A stretch of DNA of 61,586 nt, filler included. It is 7 parts of 7 records of this genome, joined end to end, with 100 filler letters (N's around TTAATTAATTAA, not from the genome) between each part and the next. Parts side by side here need not be neighbours in the genome. Positions count along the whole stretch, not along the records: positions 47,818 to 54,678 come from SRR31156797_17363; positions 54,779 to 61,586 come from SRR31156797_17378; 5 more parts are not named here. The stretch is one strand, 5' to 3'. The first letter of the stretch is position 1. Every line of letters starts with the position of its first letter. Positions 50,654 to 60,329 of the stretch are shown piece by piece. Both the position numbers and the translations under genes were made by a program. Below the pieces are notes generated by a model. That model was not told the origin of the DNA, ran no database searches, and was given only the letters and a program-made list of their open reading frames with translations.

Positions 50654-51121
50654 TTACTCTTTCCAGTTATAATCTGATTTTCCACCAGTTTTTTTTATTA
50701 ATTTAATATCCCCGATAATCATATCCTTGTCTACAGCTTTACACATATCGTAGATGGTAAGACATGCTATGGATATCGCAGTTAGCGCTTCCATCTCTAC
50801 TCCCGTTTTTCCACTGGTTTTCACACTTGCTTCTACCCAGATTCTATCTTCAGCTATAGTAAAATCAATATCTACGCCATTGATCAATATATTATGGCAC
50901 ATCGGAATGAGATCCCATGTTTTTTTAGCTCCCATTATTCCGCCGATTTGAGCAACTGACAGGACATCTCCCTTTTTCATTTTTCCGTCCCTGACCAAAT
51001 CAATAGTTTCAGGACTCATCTTTATATATCCTTTTGCAAGAGCAACTCTTTTACTCTCTTTTTTATCACCGACATCTACCATTCGAGCCCTACCATTTTC
51101 ATCAAAATGAGTTAATTCCAT
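50654..51121 (-). CDS. moaC: Cyclic pyranopterin monophosphate synthase MoaC
   Basis: LTH.D..G.ARMVDV, LIPMCH and GVEMEALT; true start ATG 51121 with SD GGAG. Confidence 0.93.
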   Translation of the reverse strand: MELTHFDENGRARMVDVGDKKESKRVALAKGYIKMSPETIDLVRDGKMKKGDVLSVAQIGGIMGAKKTWDLIPMCHNILINGVDIDFTIAEDRIWVEASVKTSGKTGVEMEALTAISIACLTIYDMCKAVDKDMIIGDIKLIKKTGGKSDYNWKE

Positions 51122-51167
51122 CGCTAATTTCTCCTTGTATATTATAATTCTTAGTATATTATAATTC

Positions 51168-52196
51168 CTATTTTCCAAATGAGCAGTTGGGATATCTGCA
51201 CTCATCACAGTTTTGACATAATCCACCGTGTCCATATCGCATGATATCCTCAAATCTTAATCTCTCTCCGGCTAAAACTCTAGGTAAAACCAGATCAAAT
51301 ACAGTTTTTTTGGAGTACATCACACAGCCTGGTAAACCCATAATAGGGATATCAGCCAAGTATGATAACAGAAACATTGAACCCGGTAATACCGGTGAAC
51401 CATATGAAATTAATTCCCCTCCTAATTCGATAATAGAGGTAGGTGTCAGGTCATCAGGATCAACAGACATTCCGCCGGTACAGACTACCATTTCCGCTCC
51501 GTTTTTTATATGAGTTTTTATCGCTGATTTAATCTTTTCTTTATCGTCAGCTACTATTATCTGTCCTATTACTTCACAGCTGTAATTATTCATCTTATCT
51601 CTAATTACAGGTCCGAATTTATCAACTATTCTACCATGATAAACTTCATTTCCTGTAGTAACTATTCCGATTTTCATCTGCTTAAATGCTTTTATGTTTA
51701 GAAGTTTCTCAGTAATTAAACTTTTAGCTTTCTTCATCTTTGTTTTCTCTATTACTAATGGAATAACTCTCGCTCCTGCTATTTTTTCACCTTTTTTCAC
51801 GGGAATATTCTGAGTCAAAGTAGCAAATGATATCTGTCCAAGCATATTCAAATCAAACAGCTTTTCTTTATCTACTTTGAGTAGACCATCCGCTTCAGCA
51901 AAAAAATCAATTTTCCCCTCTTTTATTTCTTTACTCAAAGATATGTTTTCCCCTTTTCCCAATTCTCCCAGTATTATTGCTGCATCATTTTCATGGAGTT
52001 CATTTTCTGATAACTCCAGTATAAAGATATTATCTTTTCCCAAACTAAGTAGTTTTTCTATATCCTCTTCTCTAATTACATGTCCTTTTTTAAAGGCTCT
52101 TCCCTTGAATTTCCCAGGTACTATCTCAGTTATATCATGTGATAAAACATGGCCTATAGCATCAATTGTTTTTATTATTTTCATATTTATACCCAT
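51168..52196 (-). CDS. MoeA-like molybdopterin-binding protein
   Basis: HDITEI, TTGNEV, TGGMSVDPDD.TP, PVLPG.M and C-terminal CxxCxxCxYPxC. Confidence 0.85.
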   Translation of the reverse strand: MGINMKIIKTIDAIGHVLSHDITEIVPGKFKGRAFKKGHVIREEDIEKLLSLGKDNIFILELSENELHENDAAIILGELGKGENISLSKEIKEGKIDFFAEADGLLKVDKEKLFDLNMLGQISFATLTQNIPVKKGEKIAGARVIPLVIEKTKMKKAKSLITEKLLNIKAFKQMKIGIVTTGNEVYHGRIVDKFGPVIRDKMNNYSCEVIGQIIVADDKEKIKSAIKTHIKNGAEMVVCTGGMSVDPDDLTPTSIIELGGELISYGSPVLPGSMFLLSYLADIPIMGLPGCVMYSKKTVFDLVLPRVLAGERLRFEDIMRYGHGGLCQNCDECRYPNCSFGK

Positions 52197-52241
52197 TCTC
52201 TTTCAAAATATTATATCTGTAAAAACAAACAGAGAGATCTC

Positions 52242-53225
52242 TTATCCCCCTATTTTGTTCATATTATATTCCTCTTCATTTTTATTTATCAAGTTAAACA
52301 TATGTTTCTCCGGTTTATTATATATTTCTCCGGATATCACATCTATAATCTCATTATGATTAGTCATTTTTTGCATTACTTCACTTATATTAATATTTGA
52401 TTTTTTATTTAAGCATTGCTTAACTTCACCTTTTGATGTTATCCTGATTTTATTACACTCAGCACAGAAGCAATTACTTAAAGGATTGATAAAACCCAAT
52501 CTCCCTTTTGCACTTTCGAAACTATAATATTCAGATGTTCCTTCTCTTAGGTTCAGATTTGTCAGTTTTTTCTTTACAGAAATTATCTTTCGAATCTCTT
52601 CTCCTGAAAATCCGGTATATTTTTTCCCTTCACCAATTGGCATTAGTTCTATAAACCTTAAGTCTACAGGGTGAGTTTCTGTTAATTCAGCTAAATTAAT
52701 AATTTCAGTATCATTTACACCTTTTACAATTACACTATTTATTTTTACTTTTATTCCGCTTTTGATAGCTTTATCAATTCCGCACCATACTTTGGCTAAA
52801 TTTCCTGTTTTTGTTATTTTCCTAAACTTTTCATGATTCAGAGTGTCTATACTTACATTTATTTTATTTACTTTACACTCTTTCAAAAGTTCAATTTTTT
52901 CATTGAGCAGACTACCGTTTGTTGTCAGGCATAATTCATCTATTCCTTTTATTTGTGAAATCTCTCTTAGTATATCATCTATATCAGTTCTAACGAAGGG
53001 TTCTCCTCCTGTTATTCTTAACTTCTTTATTCCCAGTTTAGCTCCTGCTTTTACCAGATTTATTATTTCATCTTTAGAAAGAGATTTTTTCTCTTTACTT
53101 ATTTTTTTCTCTTCACTTATTTCTTCTTCACTATTTTGAGGCATACAGTAAAAGCATCTGTAGTTGCACTTTTCTGTTATAGAGATTCTCATATAATCCA
53201 CTCTTCTACCATATTTATCTTTCAT
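52242..53225 (-). CDS. moaA: GTP 3',8-cyclase MoaA
   Basis: CNYRCFYC radical-SAM motif, RITGGEP, C..C.K.R....G.VK.CL and C-terminal IGG. Confidence 0.93.
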   Translation of the reverse strand: MKDKYGRRVDYMRISITEKCNYRCFYCMPQNSEEEISEEKKISKEKKSLSKDEIINLVKAGAKLGIKKLRITGGEPFVRTDIDDILREISQIKGIDELCLTTNGSLLNEKIELLKECKVNKINVSIDTLNHEKFRKITKTGNLAKVWCGIDKAIKSGIKVKINSVIVKGVNDTEIINLAELTETHPVDLRFIELMPIGEGKKYTGFSGEEIRKIISVKKKLTNLNLREGTSEYYSFESAKGRLGFINPLSNCFCAECNKIRITSKGEVKQCLNKKSNINISEVMQKMTNHNEIIDVISGEIYNKPEKHMFNLINKNEEEYNMNKIGG

Positions 53226-53904
53226 ATAGCTTCATTCCTTTATCTGAACTTTTTCTTTTTCCTAACCAATAATGATTATACATCCACATAACAAATAAAC
53301 TGATACCAATCACAATAATTAACAATATATTTGCCGAATTAGTATCTCCACTCTCCACAGCTTGATATATTGCCATAGGTATTGTCTGGGTTTTACCGGG
53401 AATATTGCCCGCAACCATAAGTGTTGCCCCAAACTCTCCAAATGATCTGCCGAAAGAGAGTACCGCTGCTGCACCAATATTTCTTTTTATCAGTGGAATT
53501 ATTACATGCCTGTAAATTTGAAGTTTTGTAGCTCCCATAACATATGCAGCTTCCAAGTGACTTCTCTCTAACTCCAGAAAACCTGTTTTGATACACTGAT
53601 AAGCCATAGGCAAAGATACTACTACACAAGCTAAAACTCCTGCCTTCCAGGTAAATACCAGTTTGATTCCGTAATTTGATAAAAAACTGCCAACTATTCC
53701 GTTTTTCCCAATAATTATTAATAATAAGTAACCTAAAACTGATGGTGGAAAAAATAATGGAAAACTAATAATTCCCTCTAAAATCTTATCTCTTTTTCTA
53801 TTTGCTCTATATATCTTTATAGCAATTATAAAAGCTAAAACAACACTTATTACAGTAGAAAGTGAGGCAATTTTTATGGATAATTTAGTTGCTTCTATGA
53901 TCAT
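53215..53904 (-). CDS. modB: Molybdate ABC transporter permease
   Basis: P...PPSVLGY.LL and FGRSFGEFGAT.MVAGNIPGKTQT motifs. Confidence 0.9.
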   Translation of the reverse strand: MIIEATKLSIKIASLSTVISVVLAFIIAIKIYRANRKRDKILEGIISFPLFFPPSVLGYLLLIIIGKNGIVGSFLSNYGIKLVFTWKAGVLACVVVSLPMAYQCIKTGFLELERSHLEAAYVMGATKLQIYRHVIIPLIKRNIGAAAVLSFGRSFGEFGATLMVAGNIPGKTQTIPMAIYQAVESGDTNSANILLIIVIGISLFVMWMYNHYWLGKRKSSDKGMKLYER

Positions 53905-54610
53905 AACTCCTCACTTTAAATTCATACTTGGCAAAAACATCTATGTTTTGCAAAAGATAATTATTAAACCTTTGACCTTCTATACTGTCTTTTTTTACTC
54001 CTGATGAATAAATAATAGGCGAATATTTGCTTTTATCTATTTCATATATCTCTTTTCCATTTAGAAAACGTGTATCTGTCTGATAAACGACAGAATACTC
54101 TACTTCACCTCTATTTATATAGGAGAGAGCTGATCTTACATCTTTAGTATACAGTACATTTTTTTCTATCTTTTTCCATAGTCCGCTTTTTTCAAATGCT
54201 TCCTTTGCATACTCACCGGCAGGCACAAAGCCGGGATTACCAATAGCCACAAGACCATCTATCTCATCTAAATCACTTAGCCTTTTCTCACTGGCAACTA
54301 CCAGAGTGTTTTCAAGCAGATCTTTCTCATCAGTTAATATATTCTTACCCGCCAAATCTTCAACATAGTTTTTCGATGCTAAAAAAATAAAATCCACCGG
54401 AGCTCCGTTCTCCATCTGTTTCTTAAGAGAACCGGAACTCCCGATGTTAATCTTTACTTCGACCCCTGTATCATTTTTATATGCTTCTGCTATCTCTTTT
54501 ATTCCCTCAGCAAGACTTGCAGCTACACTTACCACTACTTCTTTTTTATGTTTTTTCTCACAGCTTATAAATAAACTCAAAATAAACACAAAAATTATTT
54601 TTTTTATCAT
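53885..54610 (-). CDS. modA: Molybdate ABC transporter substrate-binding lipoprotein
   Basis: Lipobox FISC; AASL, GSSG.L..Q.ENGAP, VPAG.YA and VY.TD motifs. Confidence 0.9.
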   Translation of the reverse strand: MIKKIIFVFILSLFISCEKKHKKEVVVSVAASLAEGIKEIAEAYKNDTGVEVKINIGSSGSLKKQMENGAPVDFIFLASKNYVEDLAGKNILTDEKDLLENTLVVASEKRLSDLDEIDGLVAIGNPGFVPAGEYAKEAFEKSGLWKKIEKNVLYTKDVRSALSYINRGEVEYSVVYQTDTRFLNGKEIYEIDKSKYSPIIYSSGVKKDSIEGQRFNNYLLQNIDVFAKYEFKVRSYDHRSN

Positions 54611-54678
54611 TATTTATTCTCCATAAAAACAAGTTCTATAAATTTTAATTATAATGATGTGCGTAAATTTCCACATTA

Positions 54679-54778
54679 NNNNNNNNNNNNNNNNNNNNNN
54701 NNNNNNNNNNNNNNNNNNNNNNTTAATTAATTAANNNNNNNNNNNNNNNNNNNNNNNNNNNNNNNNNNNNNNNNNNNN
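54679..54778. other. Artificial contig-joining spacer
   Basis: N-run/TTAATTAATTAA/N-run. Confidence 0.99.
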
Positions 54779-56186
54779 TATTTTTTTGAATATCTCTTGT
54801 ATCTTTTAATATTTTGACAATTAGGTTTGATGCTAGTTTTAACTGAGCTACATATTCATTTTGCTCTTTGTTCATATGTTGCTGAGAAAGTAGGGCAAAC
54901 TCTATGATTTCACTGTAAAGTATTTTTAGATTGTTTTGATATATATCATCTAAGTTTGTATCTATTTTAGAAACAGGTTTACTAGGAAGAGCTTCTAAAT
55001 CTTCTCTTGTTTTTAGTTCACTTGTATGTATAGATATTGCATGAAGTATTGCTTTTTGGGCATTTTCATATAGGTTTATAACCTCTTTTTGGATTGAAAC
55101 CATTGCATTGTATGGGATTTTCATATTCTCTTTTGATAAGAATTTTGGTTTTGAAGTTTTTTTGTATTTGTCATCGCTTATAAACTTTTCTGATAAAACA
55201 ACAATTGTTCCTATAAAAGGAAGTAAAATAACTATTCCTAAAAGATTAAAAATAGTATGAAATAAAGCTAATTTCATAGTGAAGTTATCTTCTGATATAG
55301 TAAATAAAGGAGCCAAAATATCAACTAAGTCTTTTAAAATATTTAGTAAAAGTAGTGCAATCAAACCTGTAATAATATTAAAAACAAAATGCCCAAAGGC
55401 AAGTCTTTTACCATTTTGATTTGAGGTCAAAGAACCTATTATAGCTGTAACTGTTGTACCAACATTTGCACCAATTGCAAGAGCAAGAGCATCAATATAA
55501 AGTATATTTCCACCTGCAAGAGCAGTTATTATAATAGCCATTGTTGCACTACTTGATTGGATTACAACAGTTGCAATAATACCAATCAATACATAAATAA
55601 AAATTCCCCACATACCACCAACTGAGTATTTTGCTAAGTCAATTGCATCTTTTAAAGTATCAAATCCCTCTTTCATATATGAAATACCAAGAAAAATAAA
55701 CCCTAAACCTAATAAAACATTTCCTAATCCTACATAAGAGTTGTTTTTTGAAAACCTAAATATTACACCAAATATAATCATAGGCATTGCATACAATGAG
55801 ATTTTGATTTTAAGTCCTAATGCAGAAACAATCCAAGCTGTTGTAGTACTTCCAAGGTTCGCTCCAAAAACTATTGCTATACCTTGAGTTAAAGATATTA
55901 TTTCTACTGATAAAAAAGAGATTACAATAACAGAAATCAAAGATGAACTTTGTACTATTGAGGTTGTTAAAAAACCAGTAGCTATTGATTTATACTTATT
56001 TGATGTAAACTTTTCAAGGATTTTTTCTAGTGTTCCCCCTGAAAATAGTTTAAACCCATCTTCCATAAAATGCATACCAATTAAAAAGATTGCGATTCCT
56101 GCAAGTATTATTTTTACATTTTCTTGAGAAATCACATAAAATGCAGTTATTAGTAAAAGTGAGATGATTAAAATCTTTTTTATCAT
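54779..56186 (-). CDS. Na+/Pi cotransporter (NptA/YjbB family), 3'-truncated
   Basis: Two QSSS repeats, GANLGST.TA and GANVGTT.TA. Confidence 0.92.
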
Positions 56187-56290
56187 ATAATTACCTATAA
56201 ATATTTTATTTTTTATTATTTTATCATATATTATGTATTAAGTATAGATAATATAGAGTTTTTTTACTATTTAACTCTAAATTAACTCAA

Positions 56291-56992
56291 ATGTTTTATA
56301 ATATCTATATTTTCTTATTTGGAGTAAATTTGTATAAAGTATTGATTTTAGAAGATGATGAACTGTTTCAAGAGAGTCTAGAAGATTTTTTAGAAGAAGA
56401 GGGCTTTTCTGTTGTAACAGCTACAAATGGAGAAGATGTATTAGAGATTTGTTATGAGCAAAAATTTGACTTATATTTATTTGATATCAATGTACCAAAA
56501 CTAGATGGAATAGGAACTTTAAAAGAGTTAAGAGAAAATCTAGATGAAACTCCAACTATTTATATAACTTCACATAAAGAGAAAGATAAACTTACACAAG
56601 GGTTTTTAAGTGGATGTGATGATTACTTGAAAAAACCTATAGATTTAGACGAATTGCTTCTTAGAATTAACTCTTTACTAAAAAGAAGTGGGAAAACTAT
56701 GTCTCAAATGCAACTTGTGGATAATCTTACTTATGACCCACAAAATAGAAGAGTATTAAGAGATGGGGAAGATATATATTTGGCTAGTAAAATTATTGAC
56801 CTATTAGAACTATTTTTAGAAAAGAAAAATACTATTGTTACAAAAGACATGATTATCGATAAGCTTTGGGAGTTTGGGGAAGAGTATAGTGAAGGTTCTA
56901 TTAGAGTTTATATCAACAACTTGAAAAAACTTTTAGGAAAAGACAAAATCAAAAACCTAAAAGGTATAGGATACAAACTTGAATTACAATAA
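56291..56992 (+). CDS. OmpR-family response regulator
   Basis: LEDD, FDINVP, GCDDYLKKP and KGIGY; true start probably slightly downstream, after GGAG. Confidence 0.9.
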   Translation: MFYNIYIFLFGVNLYKVLILEDDELFQESLEDFLEEEGFSVVTATNGEDVLEICYEQKFDLYLFDINVPKLDGIGTLKELRENLDETPTIYITSHKEKDKLTQGFLSGCDDYLKKPIDLDELLLRINSLLKRSGKTMSQMQLVDNLTYDPQNRRVLRDGEDIYLASKIIDLLELFLEKKNTIVTKDMIIDKLWEFGEEYSEGSIRVYINNLKKLLGKDKIKNLKGIGYKLELQ

Positions 56993-57836
56993 AAAAACCA
57001 ATTTTCTAATTACAAACTCAATTATTGTTCTTTTTGTTTTGCTAATCTCTATGTTAGTAAATTTTTATCTAACTTCATTAATTGGTTTTAATAAAGATAC
57101 TTATTCAGTTATCACAATCAGTGTTTTAGTGGTTGGACTTATTTTATACTTACTTCTTAGTAAGTCTATTTTTGATCCAATCTTTAAAAGCGATGAAAAC
57201 CTACAAAAAACAGTAAAAGAAACACTACATGAGTTAAATATTCCAATATCAACAATTCAACTAAATACTCAAATGTTAGAGAAAAAAATTGATGATGAAA
57301 AAGCTTTAAAAAGGCTAGGGCGAATCAAAAAAGCCTCAAATGAACTACTTAAACTCTACGAAGATATGGAATACCATATTAAAAAAGAGATTGATAGAGT
57401 TGATAAAACACAATTTTATCTTGAAGATATAGTTGCTCATAGTTTAGATAAATTTGAAGATATGAAAAATGATATAAATATAGAAGTAGATATAACAAAC
57501 TATTCTTTAAATACAGACCAAAATGGTTTTCAAAAAATGCTTGATAACCTAATATCAAACGCTTTAAAATATAACTTAGCCCAAAATGGTTTAATCAAAA
57601 TCTATACTGATGAAAAATCTTTTGTAGTATTTAATTCAGGAAAAGAGATTGATACAAAAAATCTATTCGTGATATTTGACAAGTTTTTTCAAGAAGATGC
57701 TTCAAAAGAGGGGTTTGGCTTAGGACTTTTTATGGTAAAAGAGTTTTGTGATAAAAATAGAATAGGTATAAAAATAGAACCCAAAAACGAAGGAAACTAT
57801 TTTATTTTAAATTTTAAAAATATTATAAAAGAGTAA
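56979..57836 (+). CDS. Sensor histidine kinase
   Basis: Two TMs, HELNIP H-box, NLISNALKY and GFGLGL. Confidence 0.9.
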   Translation: MNYNKKTNFLITNSIIVLFVLLISMLVNFYLTSLIGFNKDTYSVITISVLVVGLILYLLLSKSIFDPIFKSDENLQKTVKETLHELNIPISTIQLNTQMLEKKIDDEKALKRLGRIKKASNELLKLYEDMEYHIKKEIDRVDKTQFYLEDIVAHSLDKFEDMKNDINIEVDITNYSLNTDQNGFQKMLDNLISNALKYNLAQNGLIKIYTDEKSFVVFNSGKEIDTKNLFVIFDKFFQEDASKEGFGLGLFMVKEFCDKNRIGIKIEPKNEGNYFILNFKNIIKE

Positions 57837-57839
57837 ATT

Positions 57840-58007
57840 TTACTCTTCTTCTTTTAAAACTACTTTCCAATCTTTATATTTGGGGTCATTGTTTATTTCA
57901 TCGATTTGTTCTTTGGTTAGATGGGGATAACTCATCTTTTTCCCATCAAAAACAATACAAGGAAAAGTTTCCTCTTTTTTGAAAATAGCTTTGATTTTAT
58001 CAAGCAT
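57840..58007 (-). CDS. Small hypothetical protein (55 aa)
   Basis: SD AAGGA before ATG 58007; fills the gap between the kinase and dgt. Confidence 0.55.
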   Translation of the reverse strand: MLDKIKAIFKKEETFPCIVFDGKKMSYPHLTKEQIDEINNDPKYKDWKVVLKEEE

Positions 58008-58061
58008 TTTTATCCTTTCATTGGTTAGCAAATATTATAATATCAAAAAAATTAAAGATAG

Positions 58062-59504
58062 ATGATGATTGATTATAGAAAAAAGATAAATTTAAATAGA
58101 GAATTTTACCCATTAAGTGATATAAATATATCTTGTGAAAGTGATAGAGGAAGAATACTTTCAGCTCCAGCTTTAAGAAGACTTCAAAAGAAAACACAAG
58201 TTTTTCCTCTTGAGTTAAATGCTGCTGTTAGAAGTAGATTAACACACTCTTTAGAAGTTTCACAGACTGCAAGATTTATAGCAAAAACAATTTTAAACAA
58301 GTGCGATAAAGAATCTGTTGCTTTAGATGGACTAGAAGATGCATTTGTTTCTATTACAGAGATGACAAGCCTTTTACACGATATTGGAAATCCACCTTTT
58401 GGTCACTTTGCAGAGGTTGCAATAAATAGTTGGATGAGTACAAGAGGAATAGAGATATTTGAAAGTGTAGTTTCTGTTTCTAAAGAAAATGAAGAGTTAA
58501 AACAAAAACTTCTAAAAGACTTATGCAGTTTTGATGGGAATGCTCAAGCAATAAGAGTGGTAACAAAACTACAAAGGTTAAATCTATCTTTTTCTCAAAT
58601 AGCTTCAGTTATTAAGTATACAAGAGGTGCATATGAAGAAAAACCTTCAAAAGAAGACAATCTATCTTATCTAAAAAAGAAACCAGGATTTTATTATTCT
58701 GAAAAAGAGATTGTAGAAAAAATAAAACAAGCATTAGAGATAGAAGATGGCTCAAGATTTCCTATAACTTATATTATGGAAGCAGCCGATGACATAAGCT
58801 ACTTAAATGCTGATATGGAAGATGCAGTTGATAAAGGTATTTTAAAATTTGAAGATATTTTTAGACTTATAAAAGAAGAGTGTGAGTCTATGAAGGAAAC
58901 ATATCTTCTAGAGTTAGTTGAGAAGTTTTATAAAAAAGCAAAAGAGAATGAAGAGGAGCCTTATCAGTTCAATCTTTTCTTAACTCTTACAAGAGCAAAA
59001 CTTACTCACGCTTTAGTTGAGCATGTTTCAAATATCTATTTAGAAAACCACGAAGCTGTTTTTAATGGTACTTTTAATAATGCACTTTTAGAATATGATA
59101 AAGAATCAAAATACACAAAAGCTGTAGAGGTTTTACAAAATATCTCTGTAAAATATATTTATAACTATCAAGATATTCAAACATTGGAACTAAAAGGGCA
59201 AAAAATTCTATCTTCATTGTTTGAAAACTATACTCCATTATTAAAACTTACAGGTGAAGATTTTGAAAAACTTGTAAAGGGCAAAAGAATAGATTGTTTT
59301 ATTTCTCAAAGGCTAATAAGAAGATTATCTTCAAAACATATTGTAGCTTATAAAGATGCTGTAAGTGGTTTAGATAAAGAGAATAAAGAAAACTATGAGA
59401 TACATGAATGGTATTATAGAACAAGACTTCTAATAGATTATATCTCAGGTATGACAGATGATTTTGCCTTAAATGAATACAAAACTTTAGAAGCTTTAAT
59501 CTAA
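58062..59504 (+). CDS. dgt: dGTP triphosphohydrolase (HD superfamily)
   Basis: RRLQ.KTQVF, RSRLTHSLEV, LHDIGNPPFGH, EAADDISY and DYISGMTD motifs. Confidence 0.93.
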   Translation: MMIDYRKKINLNREFYPLSDINISCESDRGRILSAPALRRLQKKTQVFPLELNAAVRSRLTHSLEVSQTARFIAKTILNKCDKESVALDGLEDAFVSITEMTSLLHDIGNPPFGHFAEVAINSWMSTRGIEIFESVVSVSKENEELKQKLLKDLCSFDGNAQAIRVVTKLQRLNLSFSQIASVIKYTRGAYEEKPSKEDNLSYLKKKPGFYYSEKEIVEKIKQALEIEDGSRFPITYIMEAADDISYLNADMEDAVDKGILKFEDIFRLIKEECESMKETYLLELVEKFYKKAKENEEEPYQFNLFLTLTRAKLTHALVEHVSNIYLENHEAVFNGTFNNALLEYDKESKYTKAVEVLQNISVKYIYNYQDIQTLELKGQKILSSLFENYTPLLKLTGEDFEKLVKGKRIDCFISQRLIRRLSSKHIVAYKDAVSGLDKENKENYEIHEWYYRTRLLIDYISGMTDDFALNEYKTLEALI

Positions 59505-59508
59505 AAGG

Positions 59509-60132
59509 TTATTTGAATTTTTCAAATATCCTTTGTTCTAACTCTTTAACATTTTCAATTGCACCCTCTTTATGGTTTGAAAATCCCCAGTTTACAAGGA
59601 CTGAATCAATTCCTGCATTTGTTGCAGCCATAGTATCTTTGTGAGAGTCTCCAATTAGTTGTGCTCTGTGTTTTTGAATACTGTGTTCATCAAGTATTTT
59701 TTCTACCATTTCTGGGTGTGGTTTTGGTTTTGTAACACTATCATAACCCAAAATAGTTTTAAAGTATTTTTCCACTTCTAAATGAGCTAACATTCTTTTT
59801 GCATAAAAAGAGTTTGCATTTGTTGCAACTGCAAGAGTAAAATCTGATTTCAAATCTTCAAGTAACTCTTTTATTCCTTCATATAAAACTAAATCTTTTA
59901 AACAGTTTTCTTCATAAAATTCTTCAAATAACTCTTTGTGTTGTAGTGTAAAATCTTCTGAATCATAAAAATATTTTGCAGTATTTACAAAAGGGTCATT
60001 TAGGTTCTCTAATATATGAGTTTTTTCCATACTTTCTAAACCTAAGTTATTTCGTACATAGTTGATTGTATTTGTTATAGATTCCCCACTATTTACTAAA
60101 GTACCATCCATATCAAATATAATAATACTCAT
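59509..60132 (-). CDS. HAD-family hydrolase (phosphoglycolate phosphatase-like)
   Basis: FDMDGTL, ATN, KP.P and IGDS..D motifs. Confidence 0.9.
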   Translation of the reverse strand: MSIIIFDMDGTLVNSGESITNTINYVRNNLGLESMEKTHILENLNDPFVNTAKYFYDSEDFTLQHKELFEEFYEENCLKDLVLYEGIKELLEDLKSDFTLAVATNANSFYAKRMLAHLEVEKYFKTILGYDSVTKPKPHPEMVEKILDEHSIQKHRAQLIGDSHKDTMAATNAGIDSVLVNWGFSNHKEGAIENVKELEQRIFEKFK

Positions 60133-60329
60133 TAATTAATCCTTTTTTTTATCTAATTGACATTATATATTGTTAGTATCAAATTAATTATTAAACATTG
60201 TATCAAAAATAAGAATTAAGATAATTACATACTAAAATAATAATTTTTTTAGGTGGATGTTTTAAGATTTATTTCATTCTTATTAAATATAATAAAAAAG
60301 TATATTTTTGTTTATTGAAAGGAGCTATT

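Noticed and set aside
51122..51253. N-terminal extension of MoaC given by the ORF track
   Set aside because: Overlaps the upstream gene; SD and homology indicate the start at 51121.
22101..54778. Six regularly recurring TTAATTAATTAA motifs within N-runs
   Set aside because: Artificial spacers joining contigs, not a biological repeat. ORF-track entries 28268-28684, 33736-35193 and 54723-56186 end in them artefactually.
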